IMG/VR virus record: IMGVR_UViG_3300033067_001199
Location: 8,394 to 72,393 of that record
DNA from: a virus
Taxonomy: Duplodnaviria > Caudoviricetes
DNA: 64,000 bases
Strand: one strand, 5' to 3'
Positions 29,793 through 38,752 of this stretch are shown piece after piece. Made by a program: the position numbers and the translations under genes. The number at the start of each line of letters is the position of its first letter. Positions within the stretch are counted from its first letter, which is position 1. Below the pieces are notes generated by a model. It did no database searches. It saw only the letters and a program-made list of their open reading frames with translations, and was not told the DNA's origin.

Positions 29793-30692
29793 TTATTTTA
29801 TTTCAAAAAGATGCCCTGAGTATATTCCTGTATCAGCGGCACTCGTTAACTGGACAGTGACTACTAGATATTGGTCAACTGTCCAATCAATATTAAATGT
29901 TGATACGGCAGAAGTCGATGATATTACTGATAAGTCCTCTGCTACATTGGAGAAGAACTCTGTATTGGTGGTAGACTTTATAAGCCCAAACTTATTAGCT
30001 GTAGCCTTTAATGTAGCTGCGCTATAAATTGCGGGTGCGTAAAAGTTACTACCACCAACAGTTGCCGATGTATTTATATACCCCCTAAGTAACACTGTCC
30101 CTGCTGTACCTGTTTTTCTAAAGCGTGGAAAGTAGATTATTGCCTTACCAATACCCCCTGTCCCTGCGGGGATTAATAAGCTATCAACTATAGTCTGTGA
30201 TGTTGTTCCCGTAACACTTGAATCAGCCACATGCACATCTTTAAACCCGATATAGGAACTAACATGAGTTTTTAAACTTAACCAGCTAAACTTCTTGGCC
30301 TTATTACTATCGGCACTATCCATTAATGTAAAATAATCGGCATCTACCGGAGTAGCTTTAGCCGTTAATCCGTTGATGAAGCTGCCAAAGTTTGTAGCTG
30401 TTAGTATAGCCTGATAGGTAGATGCCGCTGTTGACGCAAGCAGATACCCTAATCCTGTTACATAAGTAACCACCGCGCTCCATACAGGGAATTTGACACT
30501 GCTCGCGCTGTCGCCTGTTGAGGTGCTTTTGTTAGATGCATCTTCTTTACTTGTTGCCAATCCCGAATTAGCCGAAATAGCATCCGCAACCGGTATCAGC
30601 AACTCCTTTAAACTAGAATTGTAAACAGGAGCTTCGCCTTGCAAACCCTCCAGCGTCAATATAACTGTCCTGATGTCTGTGTAAACTGCCAT
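29793..30692 (-). CDS. Short tail-fibre/head-fibre-like protein (299 aa)
   Basis: KATPVDADYFTLMDSADSNKAKKFSW motif; Ser/Thr-rich; beta-rich C-terminal tip. Confidence 0.6.
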   Translation of the reverse strand: MAVYTDIRTVILTLEGLQGEAPVYNSSLKELLIPVADAISANSGLATSKEDASNKSTSTGDSASSVKFPVWSAVVTYVTGLGYLLASTAASTYQAILTATNFGSFINGLTAKATPVDADYFTLMDSADSNKAKKFSWLSLKTHVSSYIGFKDVHVADSSVTGTTSQTIVDSLLIPAGTGGIGKAIIYFPRFRKTGTAGTVLLRGYINTSATVGGSNFYAPAIYSAATLKATANKFGLIKSTTNTEFFSNVAEDLSVISSTSAVSTFNIDWTVDQYLVVTVQLTSAADTGIYSGHLFEIK

Positions 30693-30710
30693 TGTATTTT
30701 TGTTTTAACA

Positions 30711-30718
30711 CAAAACTA
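30711..30718 (-). promoter_or_regulatory. -7 box TAgtTTTG for the fibre unit
   Basis: 18 nt upstream of ATG 30692. Confidence 0.55.
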
Positions 30719-30772
30719 TAAATCTTCGCGCAATTCTTACCACTACAACAACACCTCAACAAACTTACAGCA

Positions 30773-30811
30773 CCTTAAATAAAGTCCCTAAATAAAATCC
30801 CTAAATAAAGT
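30773..30811. repeat. Three tandem 13-bp repeats CCYTAAATAAART
   Basis: ccttaaataaagt ccctaaataaaat ccctaaataaagt. Confidence 0.85.
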
Positions 30812-31390
30812 TTTCATAATTCTACCCATCTCCAAAAAAATAAAAAATTCTGTGTGGAGATAAGCTGGTAATCATAGATATTGATGCACACGCCCTGGTG
30901 CAAAAGGGAAATCGAATCCCAAACACCCACCCCCTCCATTTTCATTTCGGAAGGGCAAACGGTTCGACTTTCACACCTGCCCTCATCATTGCCCTCTTTG
31001 CAGGAACTAGCGCCCAGAATCTCATCTAATGCTGCCAAAGCTATCGACATCTTATTGCAGGAAGTGGCCAATTACCTGTTGTAATTACTATTATGTAAAC
31101 TAGAAGCATATTAAGCCCATTATCAGCGGTTTATACATTTGCTGCCTGTCTTTCATCTTATTGCTTCACCAATTTACCCAGAAACTACGCTATAAAGCCG
31201 CATTTTTCCGCCATTTCAGCACTTTCGGCATCTTATTATCCTGCGCTCCTGTCTTATTTCACCGCCTGATAACAATTTCCCTTTTGCCTGTTTCTTGTTA
31301 AATTCGTTCAAAATTGACCAATTCCGGGCTTTTTGTGGTTAAAAAGGTCGAATCAGTCCGTTTTCCTTTCAATATTCGGGTATAAGGTGT

Positions 31391-31852
31391 ATGTTCGTGT
31401 TGAATATGGGACAGATAAAGCGTAAGATATGCCAAACGGAGGCTTTTAAGCACAAGATAAGGGAATATAGCCTATTAGACATTCCTAGCCTATTTGGGGC
31501 GTTTAAGCGTGTTGCTTTCAATCATGGTTTGTGGCGGATAGATTTAGAGCATCTGGTCTGCTGCTCCGCCCTCTGCGAGTTCAACGTGTCCCGACTTGGG
31601 GAGGGCGTATGTAACCAAAGTGAAGTAAGGCTTTTAATGCAGGTGAGGAGAGTAGATACAACTAAAAGCATGAATCGCTTGTTAAGTTCTGGGTTCCTGC
31701 TTTCACATGGCCGTTCCGTCCTTTGGCCTTGGCAGCCCTGCGCCTACTCCGTTACTGCCGATGGTAAGAGGTTGATAAAGGCAATACATGAAGAGATAGC
31801 CGAACAACAAAAACGGCTTAATACATTTCACATCACTAAAAGAGAGCGCTAG
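31391..31852 (+). CDS. Hypothetical protein, possible winged-helix (start uncertain)
   Basis: ORF track; LLSSGFL...YSVTADGKRLI resembles a wHTH wing. Confidence 0.4.
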   Translation: MFVLNMGQIKRKICQTEAFKHKIREYSLLDIPSLFGAFKRVAFNHGLWRIDLEHLVCCSALCEFNVSRLGEGVCNQSEVRLLMQVRRVDTTKSMNRLLSSGFLLSHGRSVLWPWQPCAYSVTADGKRLIKAIHEEIAEQQKRLNTFHITKRER

Positions 31853-31936
31853 CTATAAGGTGACATTGATATTATGACTGTCCTGTATAATTCAAAGTTA
31901 TAAACACCCCTGTTGATAAATACTTTTGACCTGCTA

Positions 31937-31966
31937 TTGTTTTTATAACATAGAGTTATACATTTG
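31937..31966 (+). promoter_or_regulatory. Bacteroidota promoter TTG-N19-TAcaTTTG for the early region
   Basis: TTG 31937-31939, TACATTTG 31959-31966; ATG at 32010. Confidence 0.65.
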
Positions 31967-32009
31967 CTCCTGTTATTCGGATTCACAAAGCCCGAAATAA
32001 TGAAACAAA

Positions 32010-32225
32010 ATGAAACAATTTACCAATGAAAACAGGATAAAAACTGTTACACAATTAAGGGCGTCTTTTTGGGACGCTCACCCAGATTTAAAACAATTTT
32101 ATCGTAAGACATGGAAGCAGAATAGATACCATTGCGATATTCGTGTATCGTGGGTAATGTATGTTGACTCCATGCAAAAAGACGGCCTTATTTCTTCACA
32201 GTTAGCCAACCGCGCCACACTATGA
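32010..32225 (+). CDS. Hypothetical early protein (71 aa)
   Basis: ORF track; first gene after the promoter. Confidence 0.65.
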   Translation: MKQFTNENRIKTVTQLRASFWDAHPDLKQFYRKTWKQNRYHCDIRVSWVMYVDSMQKDGLISSQLANRATL

Positions 32226-32602
32226 TACTAACAGCTAAATACATTAACAATGGAGAGGAGCGGTCCGTAACATTTAAGAGTCTTGAATTGTTGAATAGTT
32301 TTTTTGACTTTACTAACCCCTGTACCGAGTTTGGTATAAACCTTTGTGGCTGCCTTCGCCTAAATTCAAACCGATTCAACGGCATTGTTTACATCACTAA
32401 ATACAGGGCTAAAACATTCCTCTGGAAGTCCACAGACGGACGAGGAGAGCCGTCTAGCACACACACAGAGGAGCAGATAAAACAAAATTGGAGTCTTACC
32501 GATGAAGACGAAGACGGACAGACGCTAGAGGAGTTTTTGGAGTTATCCGAGAATGGGGACAAGTGGATTAAGGGAACAGAAATATTAGAAAACATCAGCT
32601 AA
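32222..32602 (+). CDS. Hypothetical early protein (126 aa)
   Basis: ORF track; coupled. Confidence 0.6.
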   Translation: MILTAKYINNGEERSVTFKSLELLNSFFDFTNPCTEFGINLCGCLRLNSNRFNGIVYITKYRAKTFLWKSTDGRGEPSSTHTEEQIKQNWSLTDEDEDGQTLEEFLELSENGDKWIKGTEILENIS

Positions 32603-32613
32603 AAATAACCAAC

Positions 32614-32868
32614 ATGAACACAGTAAAAACACAGCCACAGACAGAGGGAGAGCGCTCACTACTTGAATACCTTGAACAGCTAAAAGCGGAAGGGTTCAGG
32701 ATTCAATTACAACTATGGCCTACTAGCGACTTTACAGGCCTTTCTACTATCAGACGGACACCTACAAACATTTGTAAGGTAGAGGCCAACACAACCCCAC
32801 GATATACCCAATACGAGGAGATAAGCGAGGGATTTTATGACGAACTTGTAACTGTATTTCATTCTTAA
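32614..32868 (+). CDS. Hypothetical early protein (84 aa)
   Basis: ORF track; A-rich leader. Confidence 0.6.
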   Translation: MNTVKTQPQTEGERSLLEYLEQLKAEGFRIQLQLWPTSDFTGLSTIRRTPTNICKVEANTTPRYTQYEEISEGFYDELVTVFHS

Positions 32869-32897
32869 ATAAACATTAAAAACCAAAAAATACAACT

Positions 32898-33122
32898 ATG
32901 GCTAAATACATGCTATTGACAAAAACCGGAACATACCCGCCAAAGTATGAACATGATTCACTTGATAGTGCCGTAACCGAGGCTAAAAGGCTGAATCAGG
33001 TATGTCGAACATCTGTTAAAATCTTGAAGGTAGTAGGCGAAGTTAAAACCGTTCAAGTGCCGGTAACAAGGGATGAAGTAAAGGTTGAGCTGACCGAGCC
33101 TTGTGATGAATTACCATTCTGA
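32898..33122 (+). CDS. Hypothetical early protein (74 aa)
   Basis: ORF track; ends in ELPF. Confidence 0.6.
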   Translation: MAKYMLLTKTGTYPPKYEHDSLDSAVTEAKRLNQVCRTSVKILKVVGEVKTVQVPVTRDEVKVELTEPCDELPF

Positions 33123-33148
33123 AACGTTCACCAAACACAAAATAAAAT

Positions 33149-33490
33149 ATGAAAACAGAAACTTCAACAAACCACGTCAACCCGCCTGCCGCAAAACCAT
33201 TGTTGGCAGCAGTTAATTGGGAACCACGTTTTTTTGCCGAGATAGATGAAAAGCAAGAAGATGGCGATTACTTGAGATTACAACAATGCTGCACTGGTTG
33301 CGGGGCTTTCACAGGAGATTTACCCGGTTATTACTACATAGAAGATAGCGATGCGTGTCCAAAATGCAGAGAGCAAAGTGGCGAAGAGAAGTGGAGCGAA
33401 GAAGTAATAAGAATAGTTACTCGGCAAAAAATGGATAAGTCAGATATTGATGAGTTGAAAAAAGATTTGTCGGAATATGTCGGCATTTAA
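33149..33490 (+). CDS. Cassette-borne Zn-ribbon-like protein (113 aa)
   Basis: CCTGCG...CPKC; N-terminus PPAAKPLLAAV is encoded by an attC-like arm. Confidence 0.65.
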   Translation: MKTETSTNHVNPPAAKPLLAAVNWEPRFFAEIDEKQEDGDYLRLQQCCTGCGAFTGDLPGYYYIEDSDACPKCREQSGEEKWSEEVIRIVTRQKMDKSDIDELKKDLSEYVGI

Positions 33491-33524
33491 TTGTTGCTAA
33501 CGTGATGCAGCTTGTGGCAGTGCG
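33181..33524 (+). mobile_element. Integron-cassette-like unit flanked by complementary arms
   Basis: Left GTTGGCAGCAG (33202) vs right TTGTTGCTAAC (33491-33501); inner arms 33183-33194 and 33512-33524 are complementary apart from one mismatch and one extra T. Confidence 0.55.
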
Positions 33525-33593
33525 ACTATAACCGATAAATTTAATTTGGAACACTAAACCTTTTTTAAATAACCCTATAAACCCCTAACTATT

Positions 33594-34238
33594 ATGATTT
33601 GCGATAACTGCTTAAAAGACTGCGACAAACTAACTGATGTAACACAGGGCGATAACACGTTTGAGCTTTGTGAACAATGCGCTAGTGCGAAACACCTGCC
33701 CCATTATGACCAACTACGCTATAAGAAAGTGAAAGAAACCTACTCCGAGGCGATTGTGTTCATTCGCTCTGGGGATTTCTATACTGCTCTGGGAACGGAC
33801 GTTGACAAGGTATGTAATGCGCTCAAAATAGAGGCCTTTCCGCCTTATGATGGGCACCCGGAAACTGTCAACCTATCATCTATGCAGATGGATACTCATT
33901 TGCCTAAATTGGTTCGAGCCGGTCATAAAGTAATCTTAATGGATGAACTGTCACACTCTGAAAAGAAACCTAGAACAGACCTAGACCTTGTTCAATGCTC
34001 CCCAGATATGTTTGAAGTAGGCAAGTACAACGTATTCTTCGGAGAGGAAGAGATTGGCACACTAGAAGACTGTACGGAGTCAAAAGGTATCTGGATAGCT
34101 AGACCCTTTGGCGTAGTAATGGGAAGCGGAGCATACAGCAAAGAAAGCGCTATTGCTCACCTTATGAAAGTAAGGAACGCAAGTATCACCAAGAAGCAAC
34201 AAATAACACTATCCTCTAATCAAACATCGCTATTCTAA
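33594..34238 (+). CDS. Protein with MutS domain I-like (mismatch-recognition) fold (214 aa)
   Basis: YKKVKETYSEAIVFIRSGDFYTALGTDVDKVCNAL...LPKLVRAGHKVILMD. Confidence 0.7.
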   Translation: MICDNCLKDCDKLTDVTQGDNTFELCEQCASAKHLPHYDQLRYKKVKETYSEAIVFIRSGDFYTALGTDVDKVCNALKIEAFPPYDGHPETVNLSSMQMDTHLPKLVRAGHKVILMDELSHSEKKPRTDLDLVQCSPDMFEVGKYNVFFGEEEIGTLEDCTESKGIWIARPFGVVMGSGAYSKESAIAHLMKVRNASITKKQQITLSSNQTSLF

Positions 34239-34646
34239 TTATGACACAGACAGAAATTAACCGCAGGACCCCATTCGCTATAACCAAATAAAAAACGATT
34301 TATGAAAATCTACGAGAAAGACCGTTTCATCCAATGGCTGATAATTACCCTATTATTTTTAGGTGTGATAGTGGCCGTATTGAAGACAGGAGAAAACATT
34401 CGTTCACAAAGTAAAGCCACATTCCTTGAAGCCAAATAACCATTTTGAATATCGGTTCGGCAAATATCTGTCAATCGGTAATGTCAATCAGCGCATCAAT
34501 GCAAAGAGCAACTACAATGCTTTGAACATTAACTACCTCTGGGGAAACTGTATTGAATATTTGAGAATAGGAAGCGTCCCTAAAACAGACAGCCCAGCCA
34601 TATACAGTAGAGGCTGCGGTAATTGGAAATTATACCACAAATAGCC

Positions 34647-34910
34647 ATGAATACAGCAACAGCAATACAAGAGAAAGCAACCACTACGCACAAGGCCGAA
34701 CTATTCGCTTTGAGCATACGTCTGAAGCAGTTAAATAAATTCGATGAAGCTAGTCTGGTTCGTAGTTTAATACTAGGCCACACTATTCGAGTAACACCCT
34801 TTATGTCCTTGTGGCTGACTCTTTGTAACTATCAGTATGTTACACAGGACTTTCAGCTAATAGGCAGAACAGGAGCCGTAGTTTTCGCAACATATTTTTC
34901 TAATCACTAA
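34647..34910 (+). CDS. Hypothetical protein
   Basis: ORF track (start moved to the first ATG). Confidence 0.45.
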   Translation: MNTATAIQEKATTTHKAELFALSIRLKQLNKFDEASLVRSLILGHTIRVTPFMSLWLTLCNYQYVTQDFQLIGRTGAVVFATYFSNH

Positions 34911-34921
34911 ATCAATAAACC

Positions 34922-35575
34922 ATGTCAACAGAAGCAACCGGCCAAGAGCCAAAAAAAGCGTCCCTATTCTCTAGCGCTAAAGTAGTAGAGAAGAAAACGG
35001 CAACTAAGGAGGAGAAGTTGTCTATCGTATTAAAGGAAAGTGAATTTCCGGGTTTCTCTAATCAGCTAAAGAGGGCAACCGAAATCAGAAACATATCTGC
35101 CGACCTGGAAGCAGAGGGTAAGATGATAGAGGGGCAGATTAAAGAGATTGGGAAAGCTCAGTTTATCAACCTGTATGCAAAGGGTAAGGTCAACCCTGGT
35201 TCGTTTATTCTGAAAGGAGAAGAGGGCGGAGCGATGATGTTTATTATGATGGATAAATATTTGTCTATTGATAGTGACAGAGCAGAGCAGTTAAAAGAAA
35301 CTTTTGGCGAGGATACTGTTAGCACAAGTGTTGAGTACAGTTTTAATCCAACCCTGTTAGAAAAGTACGAATCAGTTTTGAGTGAACTGATAATGAACTG
35401 CAAAGAGATAACTGATGAGGACAAGGCTGAACTGATTGTTCAGAAGCCAAAGTATTCAGTATCTAAGGGAATGATTGAAAGGGTATCTGCCATAGCCGGT
35501 AACGATGCCGCTAGAATGGAAACAGTAATAAATTCTATTCAGCCTGTCGCGCAGCTCAAGAACTCAAAGGGTTAA
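34922..35575 (+). CDS. Hypothetical protein (217 aa)
   Basis: ORF track; A-rich leader. Confidence 0.65.
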   Translation: MSTEATGQEPKKASLFSSAKVVEKKTATKEEKLSIVLKESEFPGFSNQLKRATEIRNISADLEAEGKMIEGQIKEIGKAQFINLYAKGKVNPGSFILKGEEGGAMMFIMMDKYLSIDSDRAEQLKETFGEDTVSTSVEYSFNPTLLEKYESVLSELIMNCKEITDEDKAELIVQKPKYSVSKGMIERVSAIAGNDAARMETVINSIQPVAQLKNSKG

Positions 35576-35796
35576 ACTGTTTCAAGTCAGTATAAATTGT
35601 GAGTCCTGCCGCGAGGCAGTAAACAAACTTAACCAAGCCATGAAAGGAAAAGAAGAAAAATACAAGGTAGTCCATACGCACAGATATTTTGTGGGCATTG
35701 AGAACACCCAAGCGCCACAGGGCGCAAAGTACGTCCGTTATTGGAACGATGAAAAGCATTTAGCAGAAGCCAAAGAAATAACCAAAAGACTGAACG

Positions 35797-36438
35797 ATGA
35801 ACAACGCAGCGCCTAACTTCATTTTTCCTCCGAGAGCCGAATACAAAATAAATCCGGAGAACATCTTCAAGTATGATAACGGCACCTACTACGGACAGCC
35901 AAAGTTAAACGGTGATGCAACGGTAATGTGGCTACATCAAGACGGAAGCCGTAAGGTCTGGAATCGGCATGGAATAAGAAAAGCCCAGATAGACTACGGA
36001 AAGGTAGATTTAAACCCTTTGCATAGAGGTAATGGATGGATGGCATTGGCAGGGGAGTATATGATTAAAAGCAAGAACGGAGAAGACGGCCAGCTATTCA
36101 ACCACAAGTTTTGTATCTGGGATATTATGGCTATTGATGGAAAGACTTTAGAGGGCACAACTGTTGAGCAGAGGGTAGAACTTATTCGCTCTATCTATGA
36201 ATGTAACGTATCAAAAAACAAACATTTGCTAGGCATCAAAGGGGCAGAGAATTGTTTTGTAATACCAAGTTACGAGGGTAATTTTACAGAACTTTACAAC
36301 GAACTTGTTCAGACCGATATGTATGAGGGATTTCTATTGAAGTTGAAGAAAGGTAAACTTCAGCCCGGACTACGTGAGAGTAACAATGCTAGTTGGCAGA
36401 TTAAGGCAAGGAAAGAAACTAATAACTATAAATTCTAA
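35797..36438 (+). CDS. ATP-dependent ligase adenylation domain without OB fold (213 aa)
   Basis: Motif I QPKLNGD, III AGEY, IIIa FCIWDI, IV YEGFLLK, V WQIKARK; stop follows 6 aa later. Confidence 0.75.
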   Translation: MNNAAPNFIFPPRAEYKINPENIFKYDNGTYYGQPKLNGDATVMWLHQDGSRKVWNRHGIRKAQIDYGKVDLNPLHRGNGWMALAGEYMIKSKNGEDGQLFNHKFCIWDIMAIDGKTLEGTTVEQRVELIRSIYECNVSKNKHLLGIKGAENCFVIPSYEGNFTELYNELVQTDMYEGFLLKLKKGKLQPGLRESNNASWQIKARKETNNYKF

Positions 36439-36627
36439 AGCTATGGCATACATAAAATTTGAGGGAAAGAACGTATTGAATATTCATGCGGTAATGGAGA
36501 GGACAAAGGCATTGAAACACCTGCAAAGCATTGACGCTGTTGCGATGGTTATATACCGGTGCCCGAAAGAGCCGAACAGCCCAGATTTGAAGACTGTATA
36601 TTTAGTAAACCAAATAGCAAACTAGCC

Positions 36628-37497
36628 ATGACTCAAGAACAGATGGTAATTCAATTTATGAATGATGGGCAGCCAAAGTCTATCAAGGACATACACGATG
36701 GAACAGGAATACTTCGCCCTAATGTGAGGCGGATTCTAGGGCAGGGCGAGAAGTCTGGAAAGTTTGAGAGGACAGGCAAGGGAGTGTATGTGGCCAAAAC
36801 TAGCGATGGTAAGGTAGTTGCTTATGTAAACTGCCAAGATGCCAAAACCGCCCTGGATGAGTTAGTTTCCGATGGCGCTAAATTCGATATGATTTTTGTT
36901 GACGCTCCCTATTTCAGCCGAGCATTGGTAGGCGGTAACAGAGGGATAAAATACTCTTTCGTTTCGCCTGGTGAATTTGCGGAGGTGATGAAGAGCGTCT
37001 TCTCTCTTATTCGGGATGAAGAAAGCCATGTTTACGTCATGCTATCTGGGGCAGATACAGCGCAGGTGGATATGGAAAAGTATGTAGCCGCAGTTGTCGG
37101 GTCCGGATTAAAATTAGTGACGGAGGGAAGCTATACTAAAACCTTTGCCGATGGAAAGCCGGTTACAAATGTGAGAGGTGAGCAGGCGAAGCCTGAAAGG
37201 CTGATGTTGTTTACCCAAAGCGGAGCAGCAAACTACTCTAACATGAACTTTGTGTTTCAGCGACCAAAGGGATATCAAAGCGAAAAGGCAAAGGAACTGT
37301 TAAGGGCGCTAATTGAACAGGCTACAAAGGTCGGTGACTTTATCCTAGATATGTTCGGAGGAAGTGGTGTAACAGCGGAGCAGGCTATCCTAAGTGGAAG
37401 AAGCGTTTATTTGGTGGAGAAGTCGGAGGATACTGTTTCTAACTTCATCCTGCCCAGAGTAAGGTCAGCAATCAATTCGTACAACTTTTTAATATAA
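36628..37497 (+). CDS. DNA methyltransferase with N-terminal HTH
   Basis: N-terminal SIKDIHDGTGILRPNVRRIL; FDMIFVDAPY; QSEK; ILDMFGGSGVT. Confidence 0.75.
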   Translation: MTQEQMVIQFMNDGQPKSIKDIHDGTGILRPNVRRILGQGEKSGKFERTGKGVYVAKTSDGKVVAYVNCQDAKTALDELVSDGAKFDMIFVDAPYFSRALVGGNRGIKYSFVSPGEFAEVMKSVFSLIRDEESHVYVMLSGADTAQVDMEKYVAAVVGSGLKLVTEGSYTKTFADGKPVTNVRGEQAKPERLMLFTQSGAANYSNMNFVFQRPKGYQSEKAKELLRALIEQATKVGDFILDMFGGSGVTAEQAILSGRSVYLVEKSEDTVSNFILPRVRSAINSYNFLI

Positions 37498-37686
37498 CCC
37501 CTAAAAAGTAATATTATGGAAATCAAGCGCATCAAGCTCTACGACCTGTTTTACAACAAGGTAAAGATAGTAAACAACCAACCCTATCCTGTCTGCAATG
37601 GCAAGAAGAGCGAACTGTCCAGAGATACCAGAAACTACCGCAAAAACCTTTTTGAAATAAAACTTCACATTTAATTTAGTCGGCTA

Positions 37687-38028
37687 TTGTATAATTCAAA
37701 CTTATACTTTAGCTTTGCCGCAGATTACGATAAAACAAAATCAAAAATCAATATGAGCAGAATGTCACTAGAGGGAGGATTCGATGAATACTTCCCAACA
37801 CCAGAGAAAGAAATTTTACAGGAGCAATGTAGTTGTTGCGAGGCCGTAATGGATTCAGATAAATTGCACAGGCCTGTTGCATACAAGTACTTCTTCTCTC
37901 ACTACGCTCCATGCCGGTTCGGTTGTTGTGACCTTTGCCTTGAAGAGTTTGAAAGCGGCAGAAACCCCATCTACAAAACCATCTCTTTTGTAAGAGAGTA
38001 TGTACTATCTAAATCGGAGGGAAAGTGA
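37687..38028 (+). CDS. Cys-rich hypothetical protein
   Basis: CSCC..., CRFGCCDLC. Confidence 0.45.
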   Translation: MYNSNLYFSFAADYDKTKSKINMSRMSLEGGFDEYFPTPEKEILQEQCSCCEAVMDSDKLHRPVAYKYFFSHYAPCRFGCCDLCLEEFESGRNPIYKTISFVREYVLSKSEGK

Positions 38029-38465
38029 AAAGAGAAATTTCAGACCTGCGCAATCAGCATATTGAACTGATGCGACAGAAAGACTCATTTTTGGATAGCC
38101 TACTCACAGCAACACTAAGCCCAGAAGAAAGGGCGGAGGTTGACTTGAAACTTGCTTGCTTGACAGGCAACATAAAAAGAATTGACCGGACTATACACAC
38201 AATAGCATTTGGCGGAGAACTAACCGAAGAGGACGCGGCCTTGTCTTTCATGGCAATAGCTGAACATTCGTTTAAGGAGGCTGCAAGAGCCATGCACGAA
38301 GAGATTTATGGACTACATGGCAAAGTAGCCACACTACGGCAAAAGGTGTATAATCAAGCTAAAGCGATGAGGGCATTACAATTACAAAACCAAAAACCAC
38401 AACATGACCAAAAACCACAACATGATAAGTCAAAAACTTTTCAACAAGCTAGTAAACGTAGCTAG
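38025..38465 (+). CDS. Coiled-coil hypothetical protein (146 aa)
   Basis: ORF track. Confidence 0.5.
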   Translation: MKREISDLRNQHIELMRQKDSFLDSLLTATLSPEERAEVDLKLACLTGNIKRIDRTIHTIAFGGELTEEDAALSFMAIAEHSFKEAARAMHEEIYGLHGKVATLRQKVYNQAKAMRALQLQNQKPQHDQKPQHDKSKTFQQASKRS

Positions 38466-38742
38466 TCGGGTTCACCAGACTGACCAGGGCCGCACAAATA
38501 TTATTGCTGACCTGTTTGATATCTCCGAATTAGAGTATCAGCAGTTATCTAAATGCGTAGTTGTGCCTGCGGAGTCTGCGGAGATGCTTCTTCACCTTGT
38601 ATCGAGCGAAATAGCGCTTGTAAAGGCAGGATACGATGAGCGATGCTGGATAAACGAAAACAGGGGAGGCATACCCAACCCAGAGCCGCCTACCGAAGAA
38701 CTGAATAGGCTTGAAAATCTTAAACAATTACTTAATCAATAA
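38404..38742 (+). CDS. Hypothetical protein (start 38404 or 38422)
   Basis: ORF track. Confidence 0.5.
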   Translation: MTKNHNMISQKLFNKLVNVASRVHQTDQGRTNIIADLFDISELEYQQLSKCVVVPAESAEMLLHLVSSEIALVKAGYDERCWINENRGGIPNPEPPTEELNRLENLKQLLNQ

Positions 38743-38752
38743 AACAAACAGC

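Noticed and set aside
38390-38425. 18-bp perfect tandem duplication (QKPQHD x2) overlapping the next gene's start
   Set aside because: Most likely replication slippage or an assembly stutter; no evidence of function.
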